DNA of 60,276 bases, counting the filler, from Nemertoderma westbladi (lineage: Eukaryota; Animalia; Xenacoelomorpha): assembly GCA_032718475.1 (NCBI GenBank). It is 3 parts of 3 records of this genome, joined end to end, with 100 filler letters (N's around TTAATTAATTAA, not from the genome) between each part and the next. Parts side by side here need not be neighbours in the genome. Positions count along the whole stretch, not along the records: positions 1 to 25,949 come from JAUCBJ010007216.1; 2 more parts are not named here. One strand, written 5' to 3'. The position numbers were made by a program, and so were the translations under genes. Under the pieces are notes generated by a model. That model did no database searches and was not told where the DNA came from. It worked only from the letters and a program-made list of their open reading frames with translations. This document shows positions 1 through 11,955 of the stretch, piece after piece (the first letter of the stretch is position 1; each line of letters opens with the position of its first letter).

Positions 1-1
1 C

Positions 2-2401
2 TGCGAATTTCGCAATCTCGCTAACTAAATCCAACTGTCCGCGTCCCTGTTCGGCGGCGTCGTCCAGTCGCTCCCTTCCGCGCGTTGTTCGTCGGTAGGA
101 ATTATTAACGGGATCATCTTCTCGATGTGTCGGAGTCCGTCTAGTCTCCTGTTCTCTCCTCGGTGGTCGATGTTGTCTAGGTTGTTCCAACTCCACGCTG
201 GTTCGTGATCGATCCGACAGTTGCGCTTCGAGTCGCTCTTCTATCTGAGCTAGTCGGTCCGCTACAGGTCGCATTATTTCGGCGAGTCTGTTGGTGCTGA
301 TCGCTTCCGCTGGTTGCAACGTGGGTTTCTGTTGGGGTGTTTCTCGAGGTGGATTGTCGATGTAGGGATTCGTCGATCTCTCCTCCCGTTTGTAATCCGC
401 TGCCGCTGCCGCTCCAGTACGGAATATTTCCCGTTCCGTCGACTCCGAGTCGCTAGATGAGTCGCTGTCGTCCGGATAAGGTGGTTGGCGGGTTCGCGTC
501 CGGCGTATTATCCTTGGTCGAGTTCGTTGTGATCTGGGATCTACGGCTCTCCGTTGTTCGGCAGGCTCGCAAGCCTTCCACGAAGTCGTAGGTCTCGTTA
601 AACATTGGGTGAGAGGTCTAGTAAAAACATCGGAGTTAAGCTCTACTGTAGGTTTATAAATGACTGGGTTCGCGCAGCACGTCACAGGTTTAACTTGTAA
701 TGGTTTACTCACCTGTTTTACTGTCATAAACGCAGGTTCGTCTCTCTCTACAAGTAAACTACGGCTTACAGTAGGTGGACTACTTATCTTACCTGCTAAA
801 ATTGGCGATGAAGTCGCCCTAGGTTGCAGTATTTCCGTCACAACAAACCTGTTGCCTTGCGTCGAACGCACAGGCGTTATTTCCTTAGGTTTCGTAACAA
901 AGACCGGTTTTATCGGAGTCGTGGGTTTGAGCATAGGAATAACTTGGGGAAAACGTTTACAGTAATCCTCGACGAACTCCTCTCCTCGATCTATCGCTCC
1001 CACGCTTCCTTCCTCGATCCGCTTCTGTATTCCGCGATATCGAGCTTCCATACGATCCAGGGCAGACAAGTCGTGTCCAGTTCGCGATCTTATAGATCTA
1101 TCTCTCGCGTCGAGTTCGAGGTCCTCTTGCGCGTTCGCCGCCTCGCGCGATCTGCGATTTAGTTCGAACTGGAGCTGCATCTCTCTTTCGCGTCGATCTG
1201 CATCCTGTTGTTGTGCCGCTAACTCCGCTTCCTGTATAGCTAATCGAGCGTTTATTTGCCGCGCCTCCAACTTGGCCCGAGCGTCGGATGCTGCCTTTTT
1301 CCGTGCTAACTCGTCAGCTGCCGCCTGTCGTGCTAACACGTCAGCTGCCGCCTGTCGTGCTAACTCGTCGGCTGCCGCTTCTCGCGCTAAGTCCTCCTCC
1401 AGTCTCCGCATCTCTGATGCTTCGAACTCAGCCTGCGCTTGAAGTTTCGCAAGTTTCGCTACGTCTTCTCTACGCTGTCTTTCTCCTTCCATCGCAATCT
1501 GCGCCAATTGTCGTTGAGTTTCTTCCTCGGCGACTTGTTGTCGGCGTGCGACCTCCTGTTGTTGTCGAATAATTCCAGACGCTGTTCTACTAACGTCGCC
1601 AACGTCGCCAACGTCGCTCCGTACGCTAACGAACGATCTATCCAGTGATGGATGTTGGTAGGCTCGCGAGCCTTCCGTAGTGAGAACTTCCGTCGCCCCT
1701 CGCGGTTCGACTTCCGGTTCGTCGATCGGTACGCCGCATCTACGAAGAAAATTGGTAAGTGTTTCCAACCTTCCGTCCAGGCAGTAGAGTTCTTCTTCCT
1801 CTTCGGGTTGTAACAACGCGTCCGAAACTGACTCACCTAGCAGTTGGTCAAACTGCTCCTGTTGAGCCAATCTTATCACCGACTTAAACTGGATAAGGCT
1901 TTCTCTCGCACTTACCAATTTATCTACTATCTTTACCTGAGTAAAGTTGTCGCCACGCAACTCTGCAAGTTCGTGCAAACCTTTAAGTTTATCTACGGAG
2001 GCATGTACCCTACTTTCTATCCTTACCTGTAAGGTGTAGAACTCGTATCTCGACATCGGGGCGGTTAACTCGCGTAAAACGCGAAAACCTTCTCCGAGGT
2101 TCCGAGTAATCTGGGCCATGTGTCCTCCTATACTTCTAATAACGTTCTCCTGGCTTCCAGTCGAACTTACCATGTCCGGTTCCCGTGATCTAGTCTGCGG
2201 GACGGTAAGGAAATCTTCAATTCTGCCGTCGCCACGCGTTGCGGTTTCCGAAATTTCCGTTCGGGTTACCGGCGACGCAAGCGGTGTGACATCGGTGGAA
2301 TCTCGGGTTCTCCTTCTCGGTTCGTCTACTGTTGATCTGTCCGGGTCGCACGAGTCATAGTCGGTAGGTGGGTATCTCGTCGAATGGGGTGTGTCACTCA
2401 T
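2..2401 (-). CDS. N-terminal >=800 aa of a retrotransposon Gag-like protein (probably BEL/Pao), 3'-truncated by the window edge; absent from the ORF track
   Basis: Manual translation from the ATG at 2401 (MSDTPHSTRYPPTDYDSCDPDRST...) is stop-free to position 2. It has an Ala/Glu/Arg-rich coiled-coil (ELARQAAAD repeats at about 1290-1390) and shares short motifs (CDxDRST, SPPTV) and architecture with the BEL ORF at 11956. No catalytic domain lies inside the window. Confidence 0.6.
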   Translation of the reverse strand, partial: MSDTPHSTRYPPTDYDSCDPDRSTVDEPRRRTRDSTDVTPLASPVTRTEISETATRGDGRIEDFLTVPQTRSREPDMVSSTGSQENVIRSIGGHMAQITRNLGEGFRVLRELTAPMSRYEFYTLQVRIESRVHASVDKLKGLHELAELRGDNFTQVKIVDKLVSARESLIQFKSVIRLAQQEQFDQLLGESVSDALLQPEEEEELYCLDGRLETLTNFLRRCGVPIDEPEVEPRGATEVLTTEGSRAYQHPSLDRSFVSVRSDVGDVGDVSRTASGIIRQQQEVARRQQVAEEETQRQLAQIAMEGERQRREDVAKLAKLQAQAEFEASEMRRLEEDLAREAAADELARQAAADVLARQAAADELARKKAASDARAKLEARQINARLAIQEAELAAQQQDADRREREMQLQFELNRRSREAANAQEDLELDARDRSIRSRTGHDLSALDRMEARYRGIQKRIEEGSVGAIDRGEEFVEDYCKRFPQVIPMLKPTTPIKPVFVTKPKEITPVRSTQGNRFVVTEILQPRATSSPILAGKISSPPTVSRSLLVERDEPAFMTVKQVSKPLQVKPVTCCANPVIYKPTVELNSDVFTRPLTQCLTRPTTSWKACEPAEQRRAVDPRSQRTRPRIIRRTRTRQPPYPDDSDSSSDSESTEREIFRTGAAAAADYKREERSTNPYIDNPPRETPQQKPTLQPAEAISTNRLAEIMRPVADRLAQIEERLEAQLSDRSRTSVELEQPRQHRPPRREQETRRTPTHREDDPVNNSYRRTTRGRERLDDAAEQGRGQLDLVSEIAKFA

Positions 2402-4921
2402 GTCTTATTATATACGTCAAGTACGGGTAATAAAATGTCAAAGTGTCTGAATGTTGAAGTGTCAAACTTACCTAACCGGTACAAATAAATCAACAAGTCA
2501 GAATGTCGAAATGTCAAAATGTCGAAATGTACAAATGTCAAACTGACCTTGATATATATATATATCATATATATACCCTAACCGGTACAAATAAACTAAC
2601 AAGGTATATAATAAAATAAGTAGTAATCTAGCCTACCGGCTAAATTTGTACGAATAAGTGAGATAACGGTATACGTTAACAAAATATAGATCAACAAGTA
2701 TAAACAATAGGCCAAACAGCAACGTCTAACGGGAAAATAAGTACCAACAACACTACTAATAGACAGTGAAACCCACAAATTTTGAGTACTACTGTGCTTT
2801 CTTAAGTTTGAACGACGCGAGTCGTAAAACTTACGTTCCTTTGATCTTCCAGTCGTACAAATTCCCAAATACAAACCGGACGTGGGTCTTTCCGTTTTTC
2901 GGCGGCGCGGACGAATTTATTGTCTCCCAAACTTTGCGAAAAGCGGTCTAATCCTCGAAGCGGTCCAGAAATGAGTCCTTGAGTCCTGAAAAGGTCGAAG
3001 GTGAGAGTTTTACTTCTACGCTTACGAAAATCTTCCTAGGTACCGATACAAATTGGTCTTTAAACCCTATGTACCTTTTCAAGTACCGAAAAGTAACACC
3101 GCACACACACGGCGTAAAACAAAGTGCTACAAACTAACTGTTAGCTAGTCAAATATTAAATACGAAAGTACTAGCTACCCTAAAAGCCTACTGAAGCAGG
3201 GGACGTTCTAAATTACTAAATTTACTAACCTTAATTTTTAAATATCTCCTACTTTCAATAGCTAACAATCGAAATAATACTATACGCTACGATAGAAGTA
3301 CTATACACTAATTTCAGAATTTGTATAATATACTTCCTACTGTAAGGGTCCAGTAGTATACCGCTTACCAGATCCTAGTAACGATGTATCTTACTATGAG
3401 ACTCTAGTAATGTATACGGGCTTGTACAGTATCTGACAACAAATCCCAGTCCAGGATATCTAAACAAACAGATACAATACACAAACGACTACTGGCGAGG
3501 AACAGAGCCTTGTATCTATTCTATGTACGTGAGCGGGTCTAATGCCTACGTACTAGACAGAAGGATACCTGTCCTCTAACCGGTGAGGCAGATGTACAGT
3601 TACAGTAACAGACCAAACTCACGGGAAAACAATCCCCGCGCAGCGAATCCTAACTATCACTGACAGTCCTAAATACAGTAACTTGCCGCGGTGTGATTTA
3701 TATGGTTTATATACGAGCTAGTGGGTTAACAGACCTAGCGTAACAACACTGACAGTCCTAAATCAGTCGAAAAGGGGTCGTACCTAAATGTAACGATAAC
3801 TGATCCCCCTGTACGAAATCAGTCTAAAGGGTCAAGCCTAAATGTAACAATACCGTTGTCCAGACAAACAACAGTTTAATAACGAAAATGAAATACTCCT
3901 TATTTTGCCGCAACTAAATCAGATCCTAATTTTACAAATACAGATAATTTCCACCTAAAGTAATGTATAGTACGCTATAGCTAGTAGAACTTTAAGGGCA
4001 ATATGTTTTAGGGCGTGTGTGTGTGGGTGTGTTACAAATAAAACAATTTCGTGTAATTCCTTTACTAGGTTTTAGTGATTTTCTGACTAAATGATACCGT
4101 GCGCTAGCTACTAAAATAAGCTAGTCGCGTTTGTAGAACTTTATACTCACGAATGACGTCAAAGCTCTCTCCTTCCTATCCACAACCCAATGGGCAACCA
4201 CAGTGTTAGTAACTACACCCGTGATCGGCACTAATACCAGATTCTGGTTGTAAGATAAGAATAGGGGTTAATCGCTACCGTACGTTAGCTGATCTGGTAT
4301 ACTAATTTAATTCTAGAACTTTGTTGCTGCGGTAGTTAGCAGCAATACCTATCAGTACGTGGCAAGGCGCGGTAGGATATTAATAAACCTCCCTAGGCCA
4401 AGCAGTGTGCCGGTAGCAGAAATACTCCTTGCCTGATCAAATAGCTAACTCCAGACAGGGGGGGGGGGGGGGGGTACTAATGTACATTCTACAAAGCGAA
4501 CCGGTACCAAACAGTCAGTGCTACGAATCACTAAAATATGGAACATATGCTGTCCGTACCTAATATGTACTCGCGTACTGACGAATGGCAATAGTTCGCA
4601 CCTGTAGGAAGTACAGGTTAACCCAGGGATTCGTAGGACTTGACAAAGGGGGGGGGGGTTGTCTGGATATAATTATTTGATCCTAAATTTGCGGCGTCCA
4701 GTACGGTGTCATGCTTACCCTGATCTATAGGTCTTACGGCGGGCAAGGGCGTCGAACAAAGTCTTACCTTCTCACAAAGCGGGCGCTGCATAGCAAGTGG
4801 AGTATTTCGAAGGGGCAAAGGGGGTGCGCGGTCAATCCAATGTGGGCGCTAGCGTGTTGTGGACATCCCTTCCCTGCGTTGCTTACGGCCTAACGATCTA
4901 GGCTGCCATCTCCCTGATGTT

Positions 4922-5330
4922 CGGCTGTCCCGAAGTTGGACCAAAAGAAAACATGTCAGGAATTTGCAGTATATTTACAGTTTTACAAAAGGATTTATCA
5001 AATAAAGTTTCAACAAGAAACCGAAATAAACTAATAACAATTTAGGAATCGAAGGGGTAGTAATAACGACAGTAAGAGAGATAACCGAAGGCAAACCGGC
5101 CTTTTATACTAGAAATTGCACATGGAAACTAAACAGAATTTTCCACAGCTTCACATTTGAGCATTAAAGTGCTTCGTGCCCTATGATTGGCCCAGCTCAT
5201 CGTTCAACGCAGTCCGGCCCTTACACTAATCTGGGACATGGAATCCTAACAGAATTTTCCACTGCCTCACATTTGAGCAATAAGATAATTTATGCCCTAT
5301 GATTGGCCTGGCTCATCATTCGCTACGCTG
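4922..5330 (-). promoter_or_regulatory. Probable 5' LTR/promoter and degenerate primer-binding site of the left retroelement
   Basis: On the minus strand: repeated CCAAT boxes inside a duplicated ~85-bp block (about 5120-5203 and 5238-5321), TATAAAAG near 5100-5108, an LTR-like ...GACA end at 4954, then TGGTCC-AA-CTTCG-GGAC-AGCCG, which resembles a tRNA-Tyr-type PBS. No second LTR is in the window to confirm it. Confidence 0.4.
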
Positions 5331-5393
5331 TACGCTTCTCATTGGCCTACCAATTAGCACCACACGAAAATAAATGGCCCCAAAATACAAATT

Positions 5394-5468
5394 TCCCGAC
5401 TGGGATTCGAACTCGTAACCTATGTAATGTAACCAACGCCTTAACCATCTGACCACTACGCCACGAGA
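5394..5468 (-). pseudogene. tRNA-derived sequence (SINE head or tRNA pseudogene)
   Basis: A-box TGGCGTAGTGG and B-box GAGTTCGAATCCC at tRNA-like spacing; no proper anticodon or acceptor stems. Confidence 0.5.
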
Positions 5469-5744
5469 GTACCTAAGGGTTTTATGTGTACAAATATGAA
5501 TAGGCATATTACATTACTGTAACTCAATCAAAATACGTCGGATTTTCGAAAGTTTTTACGTTAAAGTTAAACTACAAATGCTATCTTATAGTGAAATAAT
5601 TCATCACATTGGTTCCTCCAAGCTTGACACTAGAACAAAATCGCCTCCGCTTTGCAGGACATTGATTTCGCCTTGCATAATCTTGTACTTTGGCAGCCTA
5701 AACGTAACTAAAGCGGCACAATTATTGAGTGAATTTAATCCTGC

Positions 5745-6750
5745 CCATTATTGGTCAACATAGTCTCTGCGGGGGTGTAGAGCTGCTAGCTGGCTGGGAG
5801 ATGTTGGTGTAGCCTTACCAGAGGCGAATTGTACTGTAAGGCAGCCAGTAGTATTGCTATAGCAACCCAGACTAACTCCAACCATACATTGCCTGTATTT
5901 CAATTCCTATTGACTCTATACTATAAATGTTGTATTACTTACTATCTCAGGTGACAGAAGATATAATGACTGTTGTAGGCTTATATCTGAAATAGTTTAT
6001 TCCGCAATATATTTGTCTGTCTGGTTATTTTTTAATTGAATTTTTGTAAAGTAGTAAAATTAATGTTCTTAAAAATAGTATTATTATTTTATATGTAACC
6101 TAGGAAATTAGCTACATTTTTTCGCTGCAGCTTTAAGAGTGTACATTGATTTAATATTATTTCAATACCCATATTACTACATCGGCATACGATGCGTTGG
6201 CGTTGTATCACACATCTCCACATAGATGTATCAGCAGTTAATCGCACAGTTTCGAAACTTCGCATAGTTATAACTGTATAAAGATCGTCAGTCTTGGTTT
6301 AAGAAAAATATTTTAATGCAAAACAGGACGAGCGAAGAGCGCAACGAGGCATATAATGAAGACGAATACTGTGTAGACTATATTCCTAATAACCATATCT
6401 GGCTTCGCCTATTGAAGGCATCAGTAGTTATAAAGATCGTCCGTCAGTCTGCGTTTAGGAAATATGTTTAAATACAAAACAGGACGAGCACAACGACGTT
6501 TATAATAATGAAGACGTGTACTGCCTACTGCGTTGAAGGCATCGGTAGTTATAAATTACTGGTGGGTGGGAAGGGTGGGGGGGGGTGCAGATTAACAGGG
6601 GTGAACACGTACTGTCCCCCTGTCTTTGATTGATTGGTGGTGTGGGTAAATTTCTCAAAACCTGATTTTGTGATACAGTCGCTCAATTTTAATCTGTATC
6701 TGATAACTGAGCCTCGTCCTGCGCGATGGCCCCACGAACGTGTTTAGTTT
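5745..6750 (+). mobile_element. 5'-truncated copy of a dispersed non-autonomous element (Helentron/HINE-like family)
   Basis: Colinear and highly similar to 29920-30962; same 3' end GCCTCGT.CTGCGCGA.GGCCCCACGAACGTGT. Confidence 0.6.
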
Positions 6751-6943
6751 ACTTACTGCTGACCTACATAGTTCTTTGTAATAGTCTTGGCTATGATTCT
6801 TCCCCGGGCTCCTTCCAGCCAGCTTGCTGGCTTTCTAGTATAATATTTAGAAGGGCAGGTGGGGCTCTTCGGGCACTCAATAAGTTTGTTTAAACTTTAA
6901 TTAGACATTTTTAAATGAAAACTTATTCAAAATATTTACCTAT

Positions 6944-7313
6944 GTAAAAAAAAAAACCTTACCTGTAGGTATGCAAGGGCCAAACTGGGCCAAACAAAAA
7001 GCAACTGGACGTAGACGTTGCATGGAATCAGTGATCAGCTGATTGGTGGGTTTCACCCCGCAGCTGATGGAATTCTCAAGAGGGCAAGCCAGGAAATGTC
7101 GCAATAGAGAAATCCCAAATGGGGAAAGAGAGGGGGGCACTGAAAGAATGAGAGATGTAGGTTTTCTATCCAACCACTGGGAAGCAGTACCAGAAACTTG
7201 CGCCAATCACGTGTCTGCTTATTGGTGACTGGGTTGCGTGTGATTGCTTATATTAAAATTTTGTTGTTTAACACAGTTTTCCTTGCATGTACCTGTAAGG
7301 TTTTTTACTTTAC
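6944..7313. mobile_element. MITE-like element with imperfect terminal inverted repeats
   Basis: AAAAAACCTTACCTGTAGGTATGCAAGG (about 6951-6978) versus CCTTGCATGTACCTGTAAGGTTTTTT (7281-7306). Confidence 0.4.
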
Positions 7314-8794
7314 GTGCGTGTATATAAAATAAATAAATATTATATTGATTAAAGTTCCCTTACGTTTAGTTGTTATTTCTATTCATACCAGTAAAGTATA
7401 GTTCTAATAATAATTCGTTTGTATAACTTCCTATTGTGGTTAATGGTTTATGGCGACTAAGGGGCTTGAACCACGACTAGTTTACCGTATAACTATTTCA
7501 CGCTTCCTTCCTCGCGTCTTCAAGGGTTAGGTATATTATTAAACAATATATTATATAGTTACTATATACTGTCGCTACACAGTATCAGTACGCTTCTCTG
7601 GCTACCCAACCAACTACTCCATAATCTGGACCCCTCCCTCCTTCAAGCTACGAATCCATTCCCCATACCATATTGCATGACACTTGCTCGGATTTGGTTT
7701 TACCTTCACTCCATACCATGGTACAGCGCCATCTGATGTTCTAGAGGTCAAGATTGATGTCGCTTCAGTGGCAACGAAAATTTCAATTAGATATCGAAAA
7801 TTTGTTAATCCGCCTATGGATGACCAATCAGCAACGCCCCCTCAAACATCTGGCCAACTGCATCGTGTCACTCAAGTTCCCGTAGCCTCAAACACTTCTG
7901 CTACTCCTAAGTACTGTCACGCAACTATCTCATACTCGTTCGCAACCAACGGCGGCCCGCAAAGAACTACTCCCAGCCGCGAATACGGATGCTTATGAAC
8001 CAACACCACCTATTGAGTTATTACAGGAGCTGAACAAAGCGAATCCACAGCCGGCTTCACAGACCCAACCCCGGGCAGACTGCAATTTCCACCCTGATTT
8101 ACCTTTTCAACACCCGTTCGTGAACAGCACTGAACTTAAATAATCACAGTCTGCGATGTAAGGGTAATAACGTAAAGACACTACCCGCGCGATTTCGTGT
8201 TGAATGCCGATCGCTATTTACGTTCTATAATCACAACAGCTTTTATAATTCATTAGATGATTACAACATAATATTTATATTTTGAAGTTGTCTAGAAAAT
8301 TTCTCGTACACCACCGGGACTACGTTCACACTAATTTATTATCAGACAGAACAAAAAGCTTTTACTTGACTCGTACTGTCTCCTACGACTTGCTTAACGG
8401 GCCGCTAGGCCCGTCTCTAGTTGTGAGTATATAATATATTGTAACCTAATTATTAGCCAGTTGTGTGAGCATTTTAGATTGAATATAGCGAACTAGTTTG
8501 TACCGGTCAGTCAGTACCTAGCCATTAAGAATCAATTTGTACAGTTATTATTCACCATCAGCTCTATATTCAGTTACGTTAACAATTTCATCATTTATCA
8601 ACGAACAATATACATATTATAGTCTACAGAAACATCAAACTTCATCTCATCTCATCAAACTCATCCACCAGAGTTCTTTTGAACTCTGGTGGATGATAAG
8701 TTTTGCCATTTACGATGAGCGACTCACTGATGAGCATTTCGAGTTCGTGAAGACTGCATTCAACTCAGCTTCTAGGAATCTATATTGTAAAAGC

Positions 8795-8926
8795 TTTTGC
8801 GGATATAACCAGTCATTTTCTCCGCAATTAACTGTTTAGTTGTTTTAGCGGACATAACAAGCCATTTTCTCCGCAATGTACCCTGTAGGTGTTTTAGCGG
8901 ACATAACAAGCCATTTTATGCCGCAA
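8795..8926. repeat. ~51-bp tandem repeat, 3 copies
   Basis: TTTTAGCGGACATAACAAGCCATTTT..CCGCAAT repeated. Confidence 0.6.
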
Positions 8927-11900
8927 TACGCCAAATACTCTAAATAGAGTGTAGTTCAGATGACGAAATCTGTCAGCTGATTTGCTGTCTATGTGGAACT
9001 TTCTTTGTTCAGGCTCGCTCGACCAATCAGAGCGATTTTCATTTTATATTATATTTATATTTAGGCACAGAGGCCTACGGGAAAACGCGCAATGCATTAC
9101 GGTCTTTGTTTACCTTTCTGAGTGAGAACAACTGCTTGGGAATTCTTCTGTACTTCTGTGTTGGAAGTTTCAGACTTTGGCCAGGATTAGACGGCTTTGA
9201 TTACAAGAACGTAAATCTATTATCTGCTGAACAACTCTGCACCTGGCTGCACCTACCAACTGCGGTACCGGTACTACCGATACTGCACCTGTCAACTTGT
9301 CAACCGATCACCTGCACTGCGCAACTGTGCAACAAACTGGTCAACTGGCTGACTATCACCGCATTATTTTACTGCTGTTTACTGTCTGTTATTAATGGTT
9401 ATATGTTGATGGATACGTTGTTATATTTGGAGAATATCGATAAATAATCATAAAACCCCCTATCTTCTTGATTACTAAAGGTTAGAGGGACCGGTTACCG
9501 GTAGCAATTGCGACTTACATTACAGTGGTTTTAGTGTGCATTAAATGCTATTTCATAATCCCTACATGTGTCAGTTGCTATCCTCCTTATATATGATCAA
9601 ATTCAGTGACGGTCGGCAGATCAGTGTGAAACAGTGTGAAGTCGTGTGCAGTAGTGTGACAGATAATAAAGCATCTCCTAAAGAATGCGCTATTTATGAA
9701 AATCAGTAGCCATCTCGTTGTGTTTAGTATAAGTCATAACTCTGTTTTTATACTTAAAGTGCCACGTCCTAAAGGAACTGTTAATATTTCCCCGAAAGTG
9801 AATAATATTGTCAGAGATTATATAGTAACAATCAATCGAATAATACAGTAGGTCTGCAATGCAATAAGGTCAAAGCATCCGAATCCAGTCTCCCTTAACT
9901 GTGGGTGAATGATCGCGCATAGACTGGCTTCGGCTAATGTTACTTCATGTGCATTAAATAATTGTTATAGGCTAAAGTCGATTTATAAACAAGAGGACAC
10001 CTAAAATTGGCAGGTTAAATTGCTAAATAAAATTGCTAAAGGTCTGAAAGCGCGAACAATAATATATTTCCAGATTCTTTATTGCACCGTTGGCAATAAA
10101 GTCAAACGTACCGGTAGACCAGTAAGCTGTAGGCCTGACTGCCCGACTACCCGAACCGGTACTTACAGGTACAGCAGTATTATTCGATTTTTATAATTAT
10201 ATACCGGTAGGTCTTGATATTTAATCAGGGACGGCCGCCCTGGTTTTTTATTGGGATTTTACTTATTTCTGTCAGTTTTATTTATATGTAAGTGTAATAT
10301 TGAGCAGAAGGCGTGTAAGCCCGCTCAAATTGTACAGATAATTTGTAGGCTGGATTGTTGTCTGGCTGTTGTTAAGTCTGAAGAGATTGCAGTGTGTGTA
10401 GAGTGCATGTCCGATAAAGTACTAGTTAGGAAGGTGGGGGCATCCAGTGCTGTAAGGTAAATCCCCCCCGAAAGAATAAGTCGTACTACTCGGTTAGAAC
10501 GCATACTAACTAACCATTTCGGAGTCTGCATATACTGTAGTTTATTTGGGCTTGATAGTAGTCTGCCAGCGTTTGGTCTGTATTTTGTTTGTGTAGTCTA
10601 CACGGGTAGCGTAATATTTATTATTCAGAGTCTATGCTATTATTCGCAACATACACAACCCCAAGTTTATTCCTACAGTAATTGTGCTTGTTATACATAC
10701 CGTTATAGTTAAATTAACCCCGGTACTACATCAGGGCTGCTTGGCGTAGGTAAAGACTGGTGACTTTATGCTCTAGTCACTCCAGCAGATACCGTGGTTC
10801 TTTTAGCTGTACAAGTATTTTTAACTGCTGGTTATTTGTTGTATAAGTACTTGTACCTAATTTAGGGTTTAGTGTACAGTACTTTCCGAAGGTAATTAGT
10901 GTGTAGGCGGTATATTTGTGTTGTAAAGTGGTTAATAGGCACGTTAGCTCTGGTTGGCTGCGTTGATTAACTTCTAGGTAAGAACACTCCGGGTACATAA
11001 CCTAGTACTTATAGAGCTGTACAGCTAAAGACTATAAGTCGTCAGACGGTGGTATTTTCTTATCTGGACAACGCAATTTATTTACTAGTGCTTAATTATT
11101 TTCAAATACCGTAGTTTCCTGTCCATTTGTAATAACCAGAAATTCTAACCCTTGTTAGGCTGGTTTGTAGATTTCCTGTAAAATTACCCTAAAATTTGTA
11201 AGTGTAATTTTTGTGTTTATTTAGAGATTGTAATCTCACCCCGTAATTGTACGTAATTTGTAGTAATAAGTAACTTAGGCAAGTAGAATTATTTGTTTTA
11301 GTATCCAACAGGTAGCACTTCACTGAGAGCATTCAGCTTCGGTGTAGTGACTCCTTACCAGAAATAATAACATTTATTTCAAATATTGTCAAAACCAATT
11401 ATACGGGTATATATATATTATAAATCAACTCAAACCGATTTATAAAATAGTAGGCCTGTCATACATCAATTAGGTCTTAATATTAGTTGGACTACTGCTT
11501 AATATCAGTAACAAAGTAAAGAAAAGTAACCCTAAAATTCAGAAATTCAGTTATTATAAAATAATTGACATACCGGTGTTTACAATAGGCTTATTATATT
11601 TATTTCTATAAATTTATGCTGAAATTATATACCGGTATTCTGTAATTAATTCTAGTCTATAATCATACTTATATATACTATAAGTGTAAGCTGTATACCA
11701 GTATTCACGGTAGGCTTATTATATATTTATATATATTTATGCTGAAATTATATACCGGTATTCTGTGACAAACCATAGTCTGTAATAATACTTATATATA
11801 TACTATAGTATATATCTCCTAATATATTATATATATATCGCGTTACATTGAGTAACGATATCGGTAATTAATTACTAGGCTAACAGTTGATACTGAATTA

Positions 11901-11955
11901 CTAGACTTGCTTTAACTGTCATTATAATAGTAGGCATTCTACTGTACAATCAAAC

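Noticed and set aside
660-2360. Plus-strand short ORFs
   Set aside because: Antisense shadows of the long minus-strand ORF
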